Source of the DNA: a bacterium
GTDB lineage: Bacteria > JAMCPX01
Direction: 5' to 3'
NCBI GenBank assembly: GCA_037439545.1
Contig: JBBIVV010000037.1
Span: forward strand, 3,979-19,732
Length of the DNA: 15,754 bases
Shown: positions 1 through 8,941 of the stretch, piece by piece
Position numbering within the stretch: the first letter of the stretch is position 1
How the letters are laid out: every line of letters begins with the position of its first letter
Program-made: the position numbers and the translations under genes
Notes under the pieces: model-generated
Databases searched by the model: none
What the model saw: the letters and a program-made list of their open reading frames with translations, nothing else
What the model was told of the DNA's origin: nothing

Positions 1-1
1 C

Positions 2-1345
2 AAACTAAAAAGCCAGACAGGTATCGAACTCGATATAACGGTCCTTGAAAAGGATGACCGGACAGGCGGTACCATACATACGGATTATATCGATAATTTT
101 GTCATAGAAACAGGACCGGATTGCTTCTTTGCGGAAAAACCCTATGCAGGCATGCTGGTAAAAGAGCTCGGCATATCCGGTAGACTCATCGGTACGAACA
201 ACAAAAATCAGGGAACGTATGTACTATGGCGTAAAAAGCTTCACAAACTGCCCGAGGGTGTCGTTTTGATGATACCCACGAGGTTTACGCCGTTTGCAAC
301 AAGCACTTTATTTTCACTGTCCGGTAAGATCAGGATGGGCATGGAGCTATTTATTCCAAAGCGGGCAGACGGTGTCGACGAAAGCCTTTCGGAGTTTACG
401 GTAAGACGGTTTGGGAAAGAAGCGCTCGACAGGATTGCGGAGCCGCTCGTCGCAGGCGTGCATGCAGGTGATCCGGAAACAATGAGCGTCAGGAGCAGTT
501 TCCCGCGTTTTGTAGATATGGAGCAAAAGTATGGAAGCCTTATAAAGGGCATGCTCAATGCAAGGCGCCTCATGAATAAAAGCACCTCTGCAAGGCCTGT
601 ATCGATGTTCATGACAATGAAAAGGGGCTTACAGGAGATTATCGATGCAATGCAGCGTCAGTCCGATGGAGTAAATTTTAAAACAGGTATGCAGGCGCTC
701 GCTGTCGAAATGCACGATAACTCCTATAAAATAATGCTGCCGGACAATCAATATATTAATGCCGACGGTATCGTTATCGCGGTCCCGGCTTATGCAGCGG
801 CAGACATCATATCATCAATGTCAGAAGAGCTTTCCGGATTATTGCTGTCGATACCTTATGTGTCTACAGCAACGGTATCGCTTGCCTACAAAAAACAGGG
901 ATTCGGCCATCACTTGAAAGGGTTCGGCTTTGTCGTGCCGAAAAAAGAGAACAGGCACATTATGGCGGCGACATGGACAAGCTCGAAGTTCGAGTATCGT
1001 GTGACCGATAATGCTGTATTGATAAGGTGCTTTGTGGGCGGTGCCGCAAATCAGGATATGGTTACTCAAACAGATGACGTGATACTTAATCTCGTAAAGC
1101 AGGACATTAATGATATTATGGGTATAAAATCAGACCCGATCGTCGTGCGGATTAAACGTTGGATTAAGGCAATGCCCCAGTACACAATAGGGCATGAACT
1201 CAGGGCAAAAAGAATAGAGCAGCTTACCGCTGGACTCGGTAATATACAGCTCTGCGGAAGCGCCTATCACGGTATAGGCATAAGTGACTGTATAAACAGC
1301 GGCAACACGGCAGCCCAGAACGTGCTGAAAAACCTGCTTGGCTGA
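2..1345 (+). CDS. hemY: HemY-family FAD-dependent protoporphyrinogen/coproporphyrinogen oxidase, 5'-truncated by the window edge
   Basis: The frame is open from position 2 (KLKSQTGIELDITVLEKDDRTGGTIHT...IETGPDCFF), so the start lies upstream of the window and not at 152. HemY motifs present: EPLVAGVHAGDPETMS, GFGFVVP, WTSSKF, WIKAMPQYTIGH, YHGIGISDCI. Confidence 0.9.
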   Translation, partial: KLKSQTGIELDITVLEKDDRTGGTIHTDYIDNFVIETGPDCFFAEKPYAGMLVKELGISGRLIGTNNKNQGTYVLWRKKLHKLPEGVVLMIPTRFTPFATSTLFSLSGKIRMGMELFIPKRADGVDESLSEFTVRRFGKEALDRIAEPLVAGVHAGDPETMSVRSSFPRFVDMEQKYGSLIKGMLNARRLMNKSTSARPVSMFMTMKRGLQEIIDAMQRQSDGVNFKTGMQALAVEMHDNSYKIMLPDNQYINADGIVIAVPAYAAADIISSMSEELSGLLLSIPYVSTATVSLAYKKQGFGHHLKGFGFVVPKKENRHIMAATWTSSKFEYRVTDNAVLIRCFVGGAANQDMVTQTDDVILNLVKQDINDIMGIKSDPIVVRIKRWIKAMPQYTIGHELRAKRIEQLTAGLGNIQLCGSAYHGIGISDCINSGNTAAQNVLKNLLG

Positions 1346-1373
1346 CCAGAAAATATTGGGAAATTTATGTCTA

Positions 1374-1970
1374 TCAGATCTTCTTTAAAAGTTCAGGCCT
1401 ATGGCAGGCGATACGGATAAAATCATTGGTGGATGCATAACCGAGCTTGAAAAGGTCGAGATTTAATGTTCTGATTTCCGAGAATCCATTCACGGCCCTT
1501 TCCAGGAACAGAATAGTTGCATCGGTGCACACCCATGTCTTCGATGACATGACGGGTGTTTTCATGGGAATCTTGATTCTCAGTTTGGTATAGATAATCA
1601 TGTTTATCACTCCAATAATGCCGCGCAAAGAATTGTAATGCATACCTTCGAGCTTCTCCATTGCCTGAATCAAATCAGTCTTCTGGCGCTGGTTTTGCCA
1701 TGAGGGTCTCAATACGAGCGGCGTTTTACCATGTCTGAAAAAATAAGAAGCAGGAAGTTTCTTTGCGACAGGATACAGTATATTGAAGGTCTCTTTATTC
1801 TCGAGCACGACGGCAACATGATCATACGCACTGCAGGAAAGCCTGCGCCAGAATGAATAGAGAAACCCCGATGTTTGTATGAGGATTATATCGCCGGGCT
1901 CAAGTTTATTGTAAACATCCGGATCATGAGACCCTTGAGCGATACTGAAGGCAGCTTCATGACAGCTCAT
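1374..1970 (-). CDS. Permuted papain-like NlpC/P60 (YiiX/YaeF-like) thiol enzyme
   Basis: GDIILI...YDHVAVV places the His near the N-terminus and WVCTD places the Cys near the C-terminus, which is the permuted order. Likely start is the ATG at 1970, forming an ATGA overlap with the upstream stop (1967-1969). The ORF-track start at 1991 is an alternative. Confidence 0.65.
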   Translation of the reverse strand: MSCHEAAFSIAQGSHDPDVYNKLEPGDIILIQTSGFLYSFWRRLSCSAYDHVAVVLENKETFNILYPVAKKLPASYFFRHGKTPLVLRPSWQNQRQKTDLIQAMEKLEGMHYNSLRGIIGVINMIIYTKLRIKIPMKTPVMSSKTWVCTDATILFLERAVNGFSEIRTLNLDLFKLGYASTNDFIRIACHRPELLKKI

Positions 1971-2737
1971 ACGACGTGTGCTGTCAGCCATTCATATGCA
2001 TAACCGGCTACGTCCTGCCAACCGGGTTCTCCGACAACCCAATGTGCATGGTGATCGAACACTCTATAGGTGGAAACAGATTTATACTTCCCGGCGACCC
2101 TTTCTACGACGGATGCAGGCGTGATCCTGTCCTCTTTACCGGCGATAACAAGAACAGGACACGTGACCTTCGATGCATCGACTTTCGATGCTTTCCTGCC
2201 GTCAAAAAGCCAGAACCCAATTTCAAACGCTGCCCTGCCGGATTCATAGACGAACTTTTCATAAGAGCTTTTTTGCTCTTCCGGCGGAAGCAGGTGCATC
2301 ATCGAGTATACTGCTTCATCGAATGTCTGGATCATGGGTTTTTTCCAGAACCCCCATTTTATCATCGTACTCCAGAAACTTTTTATGACAGACAACCTGA
2401 GCGCCATGATCCCCGACGGCGATGCGGGTGTGAGGAGGACAATCGCCTTTGCAAGGCCTCTTTCTGCGAGCATCTGGCAAAGCAGTCCGCCCATTGAATG
2501 TCCCATGAGGATTGGCTTGGAGGAAAGTTTTTTTATCTCTTTCTCAAGGTCATCCGCATAATCGACCAGGCTTGTTTCGCCTAATGCCGGGTCAGGAGAT
2601 GCCTTTGGGTCCATCGTGTGGAATCTGAGGTCCGGTGTAATGCAGTTGTATCCTTTCGACTCGAAGAACTGCTTATAGTTTTGCCAATACCAGCTATTTC
2701 CCCACATGCCATGAATCATAACTATCGTGTCTGCCAT
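1967..2737 (-). CDS. Alpha/beta-fold hydrolase (esterase/lysophospholipase-like)
   Basis: IHGMWG oxyanion motif, GHSMGG nucleophile elbow, GKEDRIT acid and HHAHW His. Strong SD AGGAGGTG at 2749-2742. Confidence 0.9.
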   Translation of the reverse strand: MADTIVMIHGMWGNSWYWQNYKQFFESKGYNCITPDLRFHTMDPKASPDPALGETSLVDYADDLEKEIKKLSSKPILMGHSMGGLLCQMLAERGLAKAIVLLTPASPSGIMALRLSVIKSFWSTMIKWGFWKKPMIQTFDEAVYSMMHLLPPEEQKSSYEKFVYESGRAAFEIGFWLFDGRKASKVDASKVTCPVLVIAGKEDRITPASVVERVAGKYKSVSTYRVFDHHAHWVVGEPGWQDVAGYAYEWLTAHVV

Positions 2738-2755
2738 GACCCACCTCCTGTAATG

Positions 2756-2785
2756 AATTTACCAGCAACAACGTCCGGATGTCAA
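2756..2785 (-). promoter_or_regulatory. Sigma70-type promoter of the hydrolase operon
   Basis: On the minus strand: TTGACA (2785-2780), an 18-nt spacer ending in TG-G, then TAAATT (2761-2756), just upstream of the SD. Confidence 0.6.
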
Positions 2786-2863
2786 TAATCCATAATACTA
2801 CATGTTACTATTTTCCGGTTAACTTTAAAAATGCATACGTATTACGTTTTCCGCTTCTATCTG

Positions 2864-2893
2864 TTGATTTATAAAAATTATATGCTTTATATT
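2864..2893 (+). promoter_or_regulatory. Putative sigma70 promoter for sufS-sufU
   Basis: TTGATT (2864-2869), N18, TATATT (2888-2893) in the AT-rich divergent intergenic region. Confidence 0.4.
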
Positions 2894-2920
2894 ATGGGGT
2901 AATTCAAAATGGAGAAGCTC

Positions 2921-4150
2921 ATGGATATTGAAAAAATTAGAAAGGATTTTCCGGTTTTGTCCCGGATTGTAAGGGACAAGCCGCTCGTGTATCTCGACAA
3001 CGCTGCAACGACACAGAAGCCGGCAGTTGTCATAGAGGCCATTTCCAATCTTTATAAAAATTATAACGCCAATGTACACAGGGGCGTGTACCTGCTTGCG
3101 GAAGAGGCGACGCAGGCTTATGAGGATTCAAGAGAGGCGGTGAGACGGTTTATAAATGCAGGGAGCACGAAGGAAATCGTCTTTACTCGTAATGCAACCG
3201 AGGCATTGAACCTCATAGCTTATGCGTGGGCAGAGGCGAACATCGATGCCGGAGATGAGATCATCGTCAGTATCATGGAGCATCACAGCAACTATGTCCC
3301 ATGGTTCAGGCTTGCAAAAAGAAAAGGCGCGGTCATCAAAATCATCCCTTCGAGAATGGATGGAATGCTCGATATGGATGTGTTCAAATCCATGCTTACT
3401 GACAGGACAAAGCTTGTCGGCATAGTGCACATGTCAAATGTTTTCGGCACCATAAACCCGGTAAAAGAAATAGTATCGCTTGCCCATAAGAAGGGAGCCA
3501 CTGTCGTCGTCGACGGCGCACAGAGCGCACCCCACATGAAGATTGATGTCAGGGATATTGATTGCGATTTCTTTGCCATTTCAGGTCATAAGATGCTCGG
3601 TCCGACAGGCATTGGAGCATTGTATGCAAAAACATCATACCTTGAATCAATGGAGCCTTTTTTAAGCGGCGGTGAGATGATCCTGAGGGTCACACTGGAA
3701 AATGTCGTGTACAATGAACTGCCGTGGAAGTTCGAGGCAGGCACACCGAATTATGAAGGCGCCATAGGCTTAAAAGCGGCGATAGAATATCTTGAAACCG
3801 CCGGCATGGATGCTATCGAGGCATACGAAAGAGAGCTCACGGGTTACGCACTGGAACAGATGAAAACAGTGCCCGGTATTTTTATCTACGGTCCCAAGGA
3901 TCCGGTGAAAAAAGGCGGCATCATTGCATTTAATATCAAGGGAGTCCATTCCCATGATATCGGCACCATACTGGACAATGAAGGGATTGCCGTAAGGGCA
4001 GGGCACCACTGTGCCCAGCCGCTCATGATAGACTGCGGCGTATCTGCAATGGCACGGGCAAGTTTTTATTTCTACAATACGAAACAGGAAATAGACATGC
4101 TTGTCAGGGCATTAAAGAAAGCAAAGGAGATGTTTGGTCATGTCGCTTGA
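2921..4150 (+). CDS. sufS: Group II cysteine desulfurase SufS
   Basis: LVYLDNAATTQKP, SGHKMLGPTG (PLP lysine) and RAGHHCAQP (group II catalytic Cys). The ATG at 2921 has GGAG at 2911-2914. The start at 2909 is an alternative. Confidence 0.95.
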   Translation: MDIEKIRKDFPVLSRIVRDKPLVYLDNAATTQKPAVVIEAISNLYKNYNANVHRGVYLLAEEATQAYEDSREAVRRFINAGSTKEIVFTRNATEALNLIAYAWAEANIDAGDEIIVSIMEHHSNYVPWFRLAKRKGAVIKIIPSRMDGMLDMDVFKSMLTDRTKLVGIVHMSNVFGTINPVKEIVSLAHKKGATVVVDGAQSAPHMKIDVRDIDCDFFAISGHKMLGPTGIGALYAKTSYLESMEPFLSGGEMILRVTLENVVYNELPWKFEAGTPNYEGAIGLKAAIEYLETAGMDAIEAYERELTGYALEQMKTVPGIFIYGPKDPVKKGGIIAFNIKGVHSHDIGTILDNEGIAVRAGHHCAQPLMIDCGVSAMARASFYFYNTKQEIDMLVRALKKAKEMFGHVA

Positions 4151-4562
4151 AGAACTGTTTAAAGAAATTATCATCGATAACTATCAGCGTCCGAAGAACC
4201 ATGGTCATATAGAACACCCCGATGCAAAGTCAGAAGGCTCAAACCCTTTGTGCGGTGATGAGATAACCATGGAGCTTGCATTCGACGGCAATAGGGTAAA
4301 GGACATTAAATTCATAGGCAACGGCTGTTCAATCAGTCAGTCCGCAGCATCGCTTATGACTGAGGCTGTAAAGGGCAAGACTATCGATCAGGTGAGAAAG
4401 GTAATGGACGAATACAAAAAAATGCTCGAAGGCGCGAGTTATGACGCAGAACTGCTCGGAGACCTTGAGGCTCTGTCCGATGTGAAGAAGTACCCTGCGA
4501 GGGTAAAATGTGCAAGCCTGAGTGTGGCTGTCCTTGATCAGGCGCTGCAGCAGAAAAAATGA
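4140..4562 (+). CDS. sufU: SufU (NifU-like) sulfur-transfer / Fe-S assembly protein
   Basis: NPLCGD, GCSIS and RVKCA ligand motifs, with the SufU-type insertion and no LPPVK. ATG at 4140 follows AAGGAG and overlaps the end of sufS. Confidence 0.93.
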   Translation: MSLEELFKEIIIDNYQRPKNHGHIEHPDAKSEGSNPLCGDEITMELAFDGNRVKDIKFIGNGCSISQSAASLMTEAVKGKTIDQVRKVMDEYKKMLEGASYDAELLGDLEALSDVKKYPARVKCASLSVAVLDQALQQKK

Positions 4563-4576
4563 CCCCCCCCTGTGAG

Positions 4577-4706
4577 GAGGCTGTCTGACAATTCAAAAAT
4601 GGTAGGTTTGTCATGCTGAATTTATTTCAGCATCTCGTATTATTAATACGTTATATCGTTTTGAGATCCCGAAACAAGTTCGTAATGACAATTGTCGGAC
4701 AGCCTC
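4577..4706. mobile_element. ~130-bp MITE-like / REP-like palindromic element
   Basis: 17-bp terminal inverted repeats GAGGCTGTCTGACAATT (4577-4593) and AATTGTCGGACAGCCTC (4690-4706) with one mismatch. They enclose a nested multi-hairpin: TGTCAT/ATGACA, GCTGAA/TTCAGC, ATCTC/GAGAT, CGAA/TTCG. Confidence 0.65.
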
Positions 4707-4774
4707 TATAAAAGAGATAACGCAGAAGTATGAGAGTGAGACGGAGATTAACCTAATAAAAAGGAGTAAATCGA

Positions 4775-5563
4775 ATGAAATTAAATTATTATGAGGATTT
4801 AGTAAAGATCAGGAAGGGCAGGCCGCTTGTGCACCACATAACGAACTACGTCGTGATGAATATAAGTGCAAACATAACGCTTTCCCTGGGTGCATCACCG
4901 GTGATGGCACATGCAAAGCCCGAGGTCGAGGACATGGTCTCGATTGCGCAGGTCCTGTATATAAACATAGGGACCCTGAGCGATCAGTGGATTGATTCGA
5001 TGCTTGCTGCCGGGAAAATGGCAAACAAGAAGCATGTGCCTGTCCTTCTCGACCCTGTCGGAGCCGGAGCGACGAAGTACAGAACGGAAACGGCAATGAG
5101 GATCTTAAAAGAGGTCAAAGTAGATGTGCTCAAGGGTAATGCAGGAGAAATGCAGTCACTTGCGGGAGAGAAGGTCAAGGTAAAAGGTGTTGATTCAACG
5201 ACGTCGGCAGGTCCTGAAACAGCTCAGGTGCTTGCGAAGGAATTCGGGCTTGTTGCCGTGGTAACAGGCAGGCAGGATTTCGTGTCCGACGGCAAAAGAT
5301 CTGCAATCGTAAATAACGGTACGGAGATGTTTTCAAAAATTACCGGTGCAGGATGTATGCTGGGTTCTGTTATTGCAAGCTTTATGGCAGTTGACAGCGA
5401 TTATTTCAATGCATCCGTAGAAGGACTTGTGTCGTTTGAAATTGCCGGTGAGAAGGCAGCGGTAAGAACAAAGCTGCCCGGGAGCTTTATGACGGAACTT
5501 ATCAATGAGATTTCTTTGCTGAATGAGGATGCGTACAAGCTCGGAAATGTTTCGATGCAGTGA
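4775..5563 (+). CDS. thiM: Hydroxyethylthiazole kinase
   Basis: PLVHHITNYVVMNISAN, GASPVMA, INIGTL, LDPVGAGAT, KGNAGE and ITGAGCMLG. SD AAGGAG at 4761-4766. Confidence 0.96.
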   Translation: MKLNYYEDLVKIRKGRPLVHHITNYVVMNISANITLSLGASPVMAHAKPEVEDMVSIAQVLYINIGTLSDQWIDSMLAAGKMANKKHVPVLLDPVGAGATKYRTETAMRILKEVKVDVLKGNAGEMQSLAGEKVKVKGVDSTTSAGPETAQVLAKEFGLVAVVTGRQDFVSDGKRSAIVNNGTEMFSKITGAGCMLGSVIASFMAVDSDYFNASVEGLVSFEIAGEKAAVRTKLPGSFMTELINEISLLNEDAYKLGNVSMQ

Positions 5564-5572
5564 ACGGGATCT

Positions 5573-6202
5573 ATGCGTTTAAAACCAGAACTGCCGTCAG
5601 GCATATACGGTATTACTTCAAATGACTTCGGCTTCAATCAGGAGCAATCGGCCCTCTATCTCTTGAAAGCAGGCGTAAGAATTATCCAGTATAGGGAAAA
5701 GAATGCCTCTACGAAAATAATGTATGATGAAGCGGTCCGCATAAAAGATCTGTGCAGACAGCATGACGCTTTGTTCATAGTCAATGACAGAATAGATATT
5801 GCGCTCGCGGTGGATGCAGACGGCGTGCATGTGGGACAGGACGACATGCCTCTGGAGGCTGTAATGAAATGTTACGGCAATACAGGTGACAGGATCATAG
5901 GTGTGTCCGTGAGAAATGAGCAGGAGGTCATGGCAGCACAAAGCATTCATGCAGATTATCTCGGCGCAGGAGCGGTCTACCCGACTTCTACAAAGCAGGA
6001 CAGCACATACATCGGTCTTGAGGCGCTATCAAGAATAATGAAAATTTCGAGGGTACCCGTTTATGCCATTGGGGGAATCGGGAAGCAGAACCTGAAAGAG
6101 TTGAAGACATACGGAGTCTACGGCGCAGCCGTAATAGCGGCACTACTGAACACGCCTGACCCTGAGAAGACCGCACGGGAATTCATAAAAGCGTGGGAAT
6201 AA
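5573..6202 (+). CDS. thiE: Thiamine-phosphate synthase
   Basis: IQYREK, FIVNDRIDIA, DGVHVGQDD, YPTSTK and AIGGI. Starts 9 bp after thiM. Confidence 0.95.
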   Translation: MRLKPELPSGIYGITSNDFGFNQEQSALYLLKAGVRIIQYREKNASTKIMYDEAVRIKDLCRQHDALFIVNDRIDIALAVDADGVHVGQDDMPLEAVMKCYGNTGDRIIGVSVRNEQEVMAAQSIHADYLGAGAVYPTSTKQDSTYIGLEALSRIMKISRVPVYAIGGIGKQNLKELKTYGVYGAAVIAALLNTPDPEKTAREFIKAWE

Positions 6203-6214
6203 ACTATTTTCGCG

Positions 6215-8155
6215 TCATTTTTTCTGCACAAGCCCGAGCTTTATGTCGCCGGTAAACCGCTCTATGTTCAGGATCTGCACATTGATTTTCTGACCGATCT
6301 TGAACGTGCGGTGCGTCCTCTTCCCTGTTGCGACATGACGGTTTGTGTCCGAGTAGAAGTAGTCGCCTGAAATGTCTTCAAACGCAAGAAATCCGTCGAC
6401 AAAGAAATCCTCAATCTCTACAAACATGCCAGAGCCTGTAATGCCGCTTATGTAGCCGTAAACAGTCCTGTCCTGCCTTTCCATAAGAAGTTTTGCAATC
6501 AGTATTTTTTTTAAGTCCCTCTCGGCATCCATTGCCCTTCGCTCCGTATCCGAAGAATGCTTTGCAATGTCCTCAAGCTTCGATGACCACATCTGAACGC
6601 GCGGCTTGGACATGTTTTTGCCGAAAATATCTTTTAAGATCCTGTGGACAGTCAGGTCCGGGTATCTCCTGATGGGCGATGTAAAATGCGTATAGAGATC
6701 GAACGCAAGTCCATAGTGGCCTATATTCTCTACAGCGTACTTTGCCTGTTTCATGGATCTCAGCAAGGTATAATTGATGACCTTTTCAAGATTACTGTCT
6801 TTCACTTTATTCAGGATAGACTGAATGGACAATGAGTCCATGCTGTCAAAAGACGGTAACTTTAATCCAAGGTTGTGTATGAACAGATAAAACTCGTACA
6901 GTTTGTCTCTGTCAGGCGGCTCATGAATCCTGTAGATAAAAGGGTGTGAACTTGACGTGCAGTATGCCGCAACTACCTTGTTCGCCTCGAGCATAAACTC
7001 TTCTATAATCAGGTGTGCGATATTTCTTTCAATCCTTGTGACAGACGCAAGGTCTCCATACTGGTCTACCGTAAGCTCGAAATCAGGCAGATCAAAATCA
7101 AGACTGCCGTTTTTCATCCTGTGCTCCCTGAGCATCAATGCAAGCTCATTCATGACCTGTAAATTAGCAAGCAGGTTGTGCGTCGTATTCCCTTTCGGGG
7201 CAGAGGTGTCCTTGTGCCCGAGCATAGTACTCACGATGGTATAGGTGAGTCTTGCAGAGCTTTTTATGATACTCGGGTATACGTTGTAATTGAGTCTTTT
7301 GCCGTTTTTATCAAACCGTATCTCGGCAGTTAAGGTGAGCCTTTCTTCACCGGGTTTAAGGCTGCACAGATCATTCGATAATACCTCGGGGAGCATGGGG
7401 ACTGCCCTGTCCGGGAAATAGACGCTCGTGCCCCTTGTGTATGCTTCAAGGTCAACCGGGTCATCCATTTTTACATAATGGCTTACATCGGCTATCGAAA
7501 CGTACAGAGTGTATCCGTGATCCGTTTTTTTTACGAACACCGCATCATCAAAATCACGGGCTGTCTCGCCGTCAATAGTTACGATAGGCAAACCGGTAAG
7601 GTCGTGCCTCTGAGAGCGTTCTGTCTCGCTGATCGTATGCCGGATTGACGATGCATGTGCCGATGCCTTCTGGCTGAAAGTGAAGGGCAGGTTATGTTTT
7701 GCTATTATGAGTTTCAGATCGATGTCAGGCGTATTCCTGTCGCCAAGCCGCTCATGGAGCCGTGCTCGATTTTTGGCATTATGCTTGGTGTCGGGGACCA
7801 TTTCACACCTGACGACATCCCCGATCTTTAGTCCCTGCGTGCCTTTTTCAAAGGAGAGATCAAAGGTTACATGCTTGTCAAGCGGTGAGCAGCAGAACTG
7901 TCCGTGCTCCCGTGTAACTGTGCCTGTGATATATTTCATGGTCCTCTGGACTATCTTCAGCACCCTTCCCTCATACATCTTACCGTCCTGTGTACTCGCA
8001 TCGACCATGACGATATCGCCGTGCATTGCACCGTTGAGATTCTTCGGAGGTATAAATATGTCTTTCGACAGATCAGTGCTTACAAAACCATAACCGTCCG
8101 GATGGACAAACAATGTTCCTTGCTTTTTGAAGCTTTTTATTTTTTTTCTTATCAT
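6215..8155 (-). CDS. rnr: Ribonuclease R (RNB-family 3'-5' exoribonuclease)
   Basis: Cold-shock-type N-terminus (HPDGYGFV), TIDGETARDFDDA catalytic motif, IEEFMLEAN, HFTSPIRRYPDL and a C-terminal S1 domain. Confidence 0.95.
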   Translation of the reverse strand: MIRKKIKSFKKQGTLFVHPDGYGFVSTDLSKDIFIPPKNLNGAMHGDIVMVDASTQDGKMYEGRVLKIVQRTMKYITGTVTREHGQFCCSPLDKHVTFDLSFEKGTQGLKIGDVVRCEMVPDTKHNAKNRARLHERLGDRNTPDIDLKLIIAKHNLPFTFSQKASAHASSIRHTISETERSQRHDLTGLPIVTIDGETARDFDDAVFVKKTDHGYTLYVSIADVSHYVKMDDPVDLEAYTRGTSVYFPDRAVPMLPEVLSNDLCSLKPGEERLTLTAEIRFDKNGKRLNYNVYPSIIKSSARLTYTIVSTMLGHKDTSAPKGNTTHNLLANLQVMNELALMLREHRMKNGSLDFDLPDFELTVDQYGDLASVTRIERNIAHLIIEEFMLEANKVVAAYCTSSSHPFIYRIHEPPDRDKLYEFYLFIHNLGLKLPSFDSMDSLSIQSILNKVKDSNLEKVINYTLLRSMKQAKYAVENIGHYGLAFDLYTHFTSPIRRYPDLTVHRILKDIFGKNMSKPRVQMWSSKLEDIAKHSSDTERRAMDAERDLKKILIAKLLMERQDRTVYGYISGITGSGMFVEIEDFFVDGFLAFEDISGDYFYSDTNRHVATGKRTHRTFKIGQKINVQILNIERFTGDIKLGLVQKK

Positions 8156-8167
8156 TTTAATTTCTTA

Positions 8168-8179
8168 ATGCTATAGCAT
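8168..8179. promoter_or_regulatory. Perfect 12-bp palindrome in the 32-bp divergent rnr/maf gap (possible bidirectional -10 element or operator)
   Basis: ATGCTATAGCAT reads TG-C-TATAGC on both strands. No SD is evident for either gene. Confidence 0.35.
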
Positions 8180-8187
8180 ATTTCACG

Positions 8188-8799
8188 ATGGTGCAACAGA
8201 TAAATTTAACTACAAAGATTATTCTCGCCTCGGCATCTCCGAGAAGAAAGGCCCTGCTGGAAAGCATGGGCATAAAATTCACCGTGCATAAATCCTCTTT
8301 GGATGAGGATAGGCATATGTCCTTTCACCACTATAAAAAGCCTGTTGACCTGGCGATTGCTCTCGCATCAGGCAAAGCTGAGAATGTCAGTCACAAAAAA
8401 AGGCATGATGTTGTTATCATAGCTGCCGATACGATTGTCGTGATGGACGATAAGATTATGGGGAAGCCGAAGGACAAAACACATGCGGCGCGCATCCTGA
8501 GATTGTTAAGCGGAAAGACCCATAAAGTCATCACCGGCGTGTGTCTTTTAAAGATGCCTGCCGGCATATCGTATAGCTTCCCTGTAACCACCAATGTTAC
8601 TATGCGGGACATGACGGACAGTGACATACGGTGGTATATCGGCACTGGCGAGCCTATGGATAAGGCAGGCGCTTACGGCATACAGGGGCTTGGCGGGCTT
8701 TTTGTGAAGAAGATCAATGGCTCTTATACCAATGTGGTTGGATTGCCGCTGACAGAGCTGTTTGCGGGCTTAAAGAAGTTAGGAGTGGTAATTTATTAA
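8188..8799 (+). CDS. maf: Maf (YhdE-type) nucleoside triphosphate pyrophosphatase
   Basis: IILASASPRR, AADTIVV, GKP, DKAGAYGIQG and GSYTNVVGLP. Confidence 0.95.
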   Translation: MVQQINLTTKIILASASPRRKALLESMGIKFTVHKSSLDEDRHMSFHHYKKPVDLAIALASGKAENVSHKKRHDVVIIAADTIVVMDDKIMGKPKDKTHAARILRLLSGKTHKVITGVCLLKMPAGISYSFPVTTNVTMRDMTDSDIRWYIGTGEPMDKAGAYGIQGLGGLFVKKINGSYTNVVGLPLTELFAGLKKLGVVIY

Positions 8800-8809
8800 A
8801 TAATGCAGG

Positions 8810-8831
8810 GGGGCTTAATATTGTAAGCCCC
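8810..8831 (+). terminator. Stem-loop after maf (possible terminator)
   Basis: GGGGCTTA-ATATTG-TAAGCCCC, an 8-bp stem. No good U-tract follows. Confidence 0.4.
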
Positions 8832-8941
8832 AGTGTATAGTGGAGACTCATTATATTTCGATGAAGTAAACTGTTCAGCGTTAAAAGCAGTCAACATACT
8901 GAAAAATATCTTTATTTGTAACCCCGGTTGCACCGTATCAG

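Noticed and set aside
152..154. ORF-track start codon for hemY
   Set aside because: The frame is open and HemY-like upstream to the window edge, so the gene is truncated by the window and is not a pseudogene.
1976..2497. 173-aa + strand ORF and the other short overlapping ORFs in the track
   Set aside because: They lie antisense or out of frame within well-supported genes and show no motifs or RBS.
4563..4570. C8 homopolymer as a phase-variation tract
   Set aside because: It is short, lies after the sufU stop, and is not within a CDS or an evident promoter spacer.
4609..4690. tRNA gene (cloverleaf of similar size)
   Set aside because: It lacks a conserved D-loop GG, a canonical T-arm and anticodon-arm geometry, and CCA.
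4563..4774. TPP riboswitch upstream of thiM
   Set aside because: The CUGAGA...ACCUGAU...AGGGA core is not present in the proper arrangement. The structure is explained by the palindromic element.
8917..8932. Sigma54-like site TGTAAC-CCCGG-TTGCA
   Set aside because: It lacks the invariant GG at -24. It is at most an imperfect palindrome.
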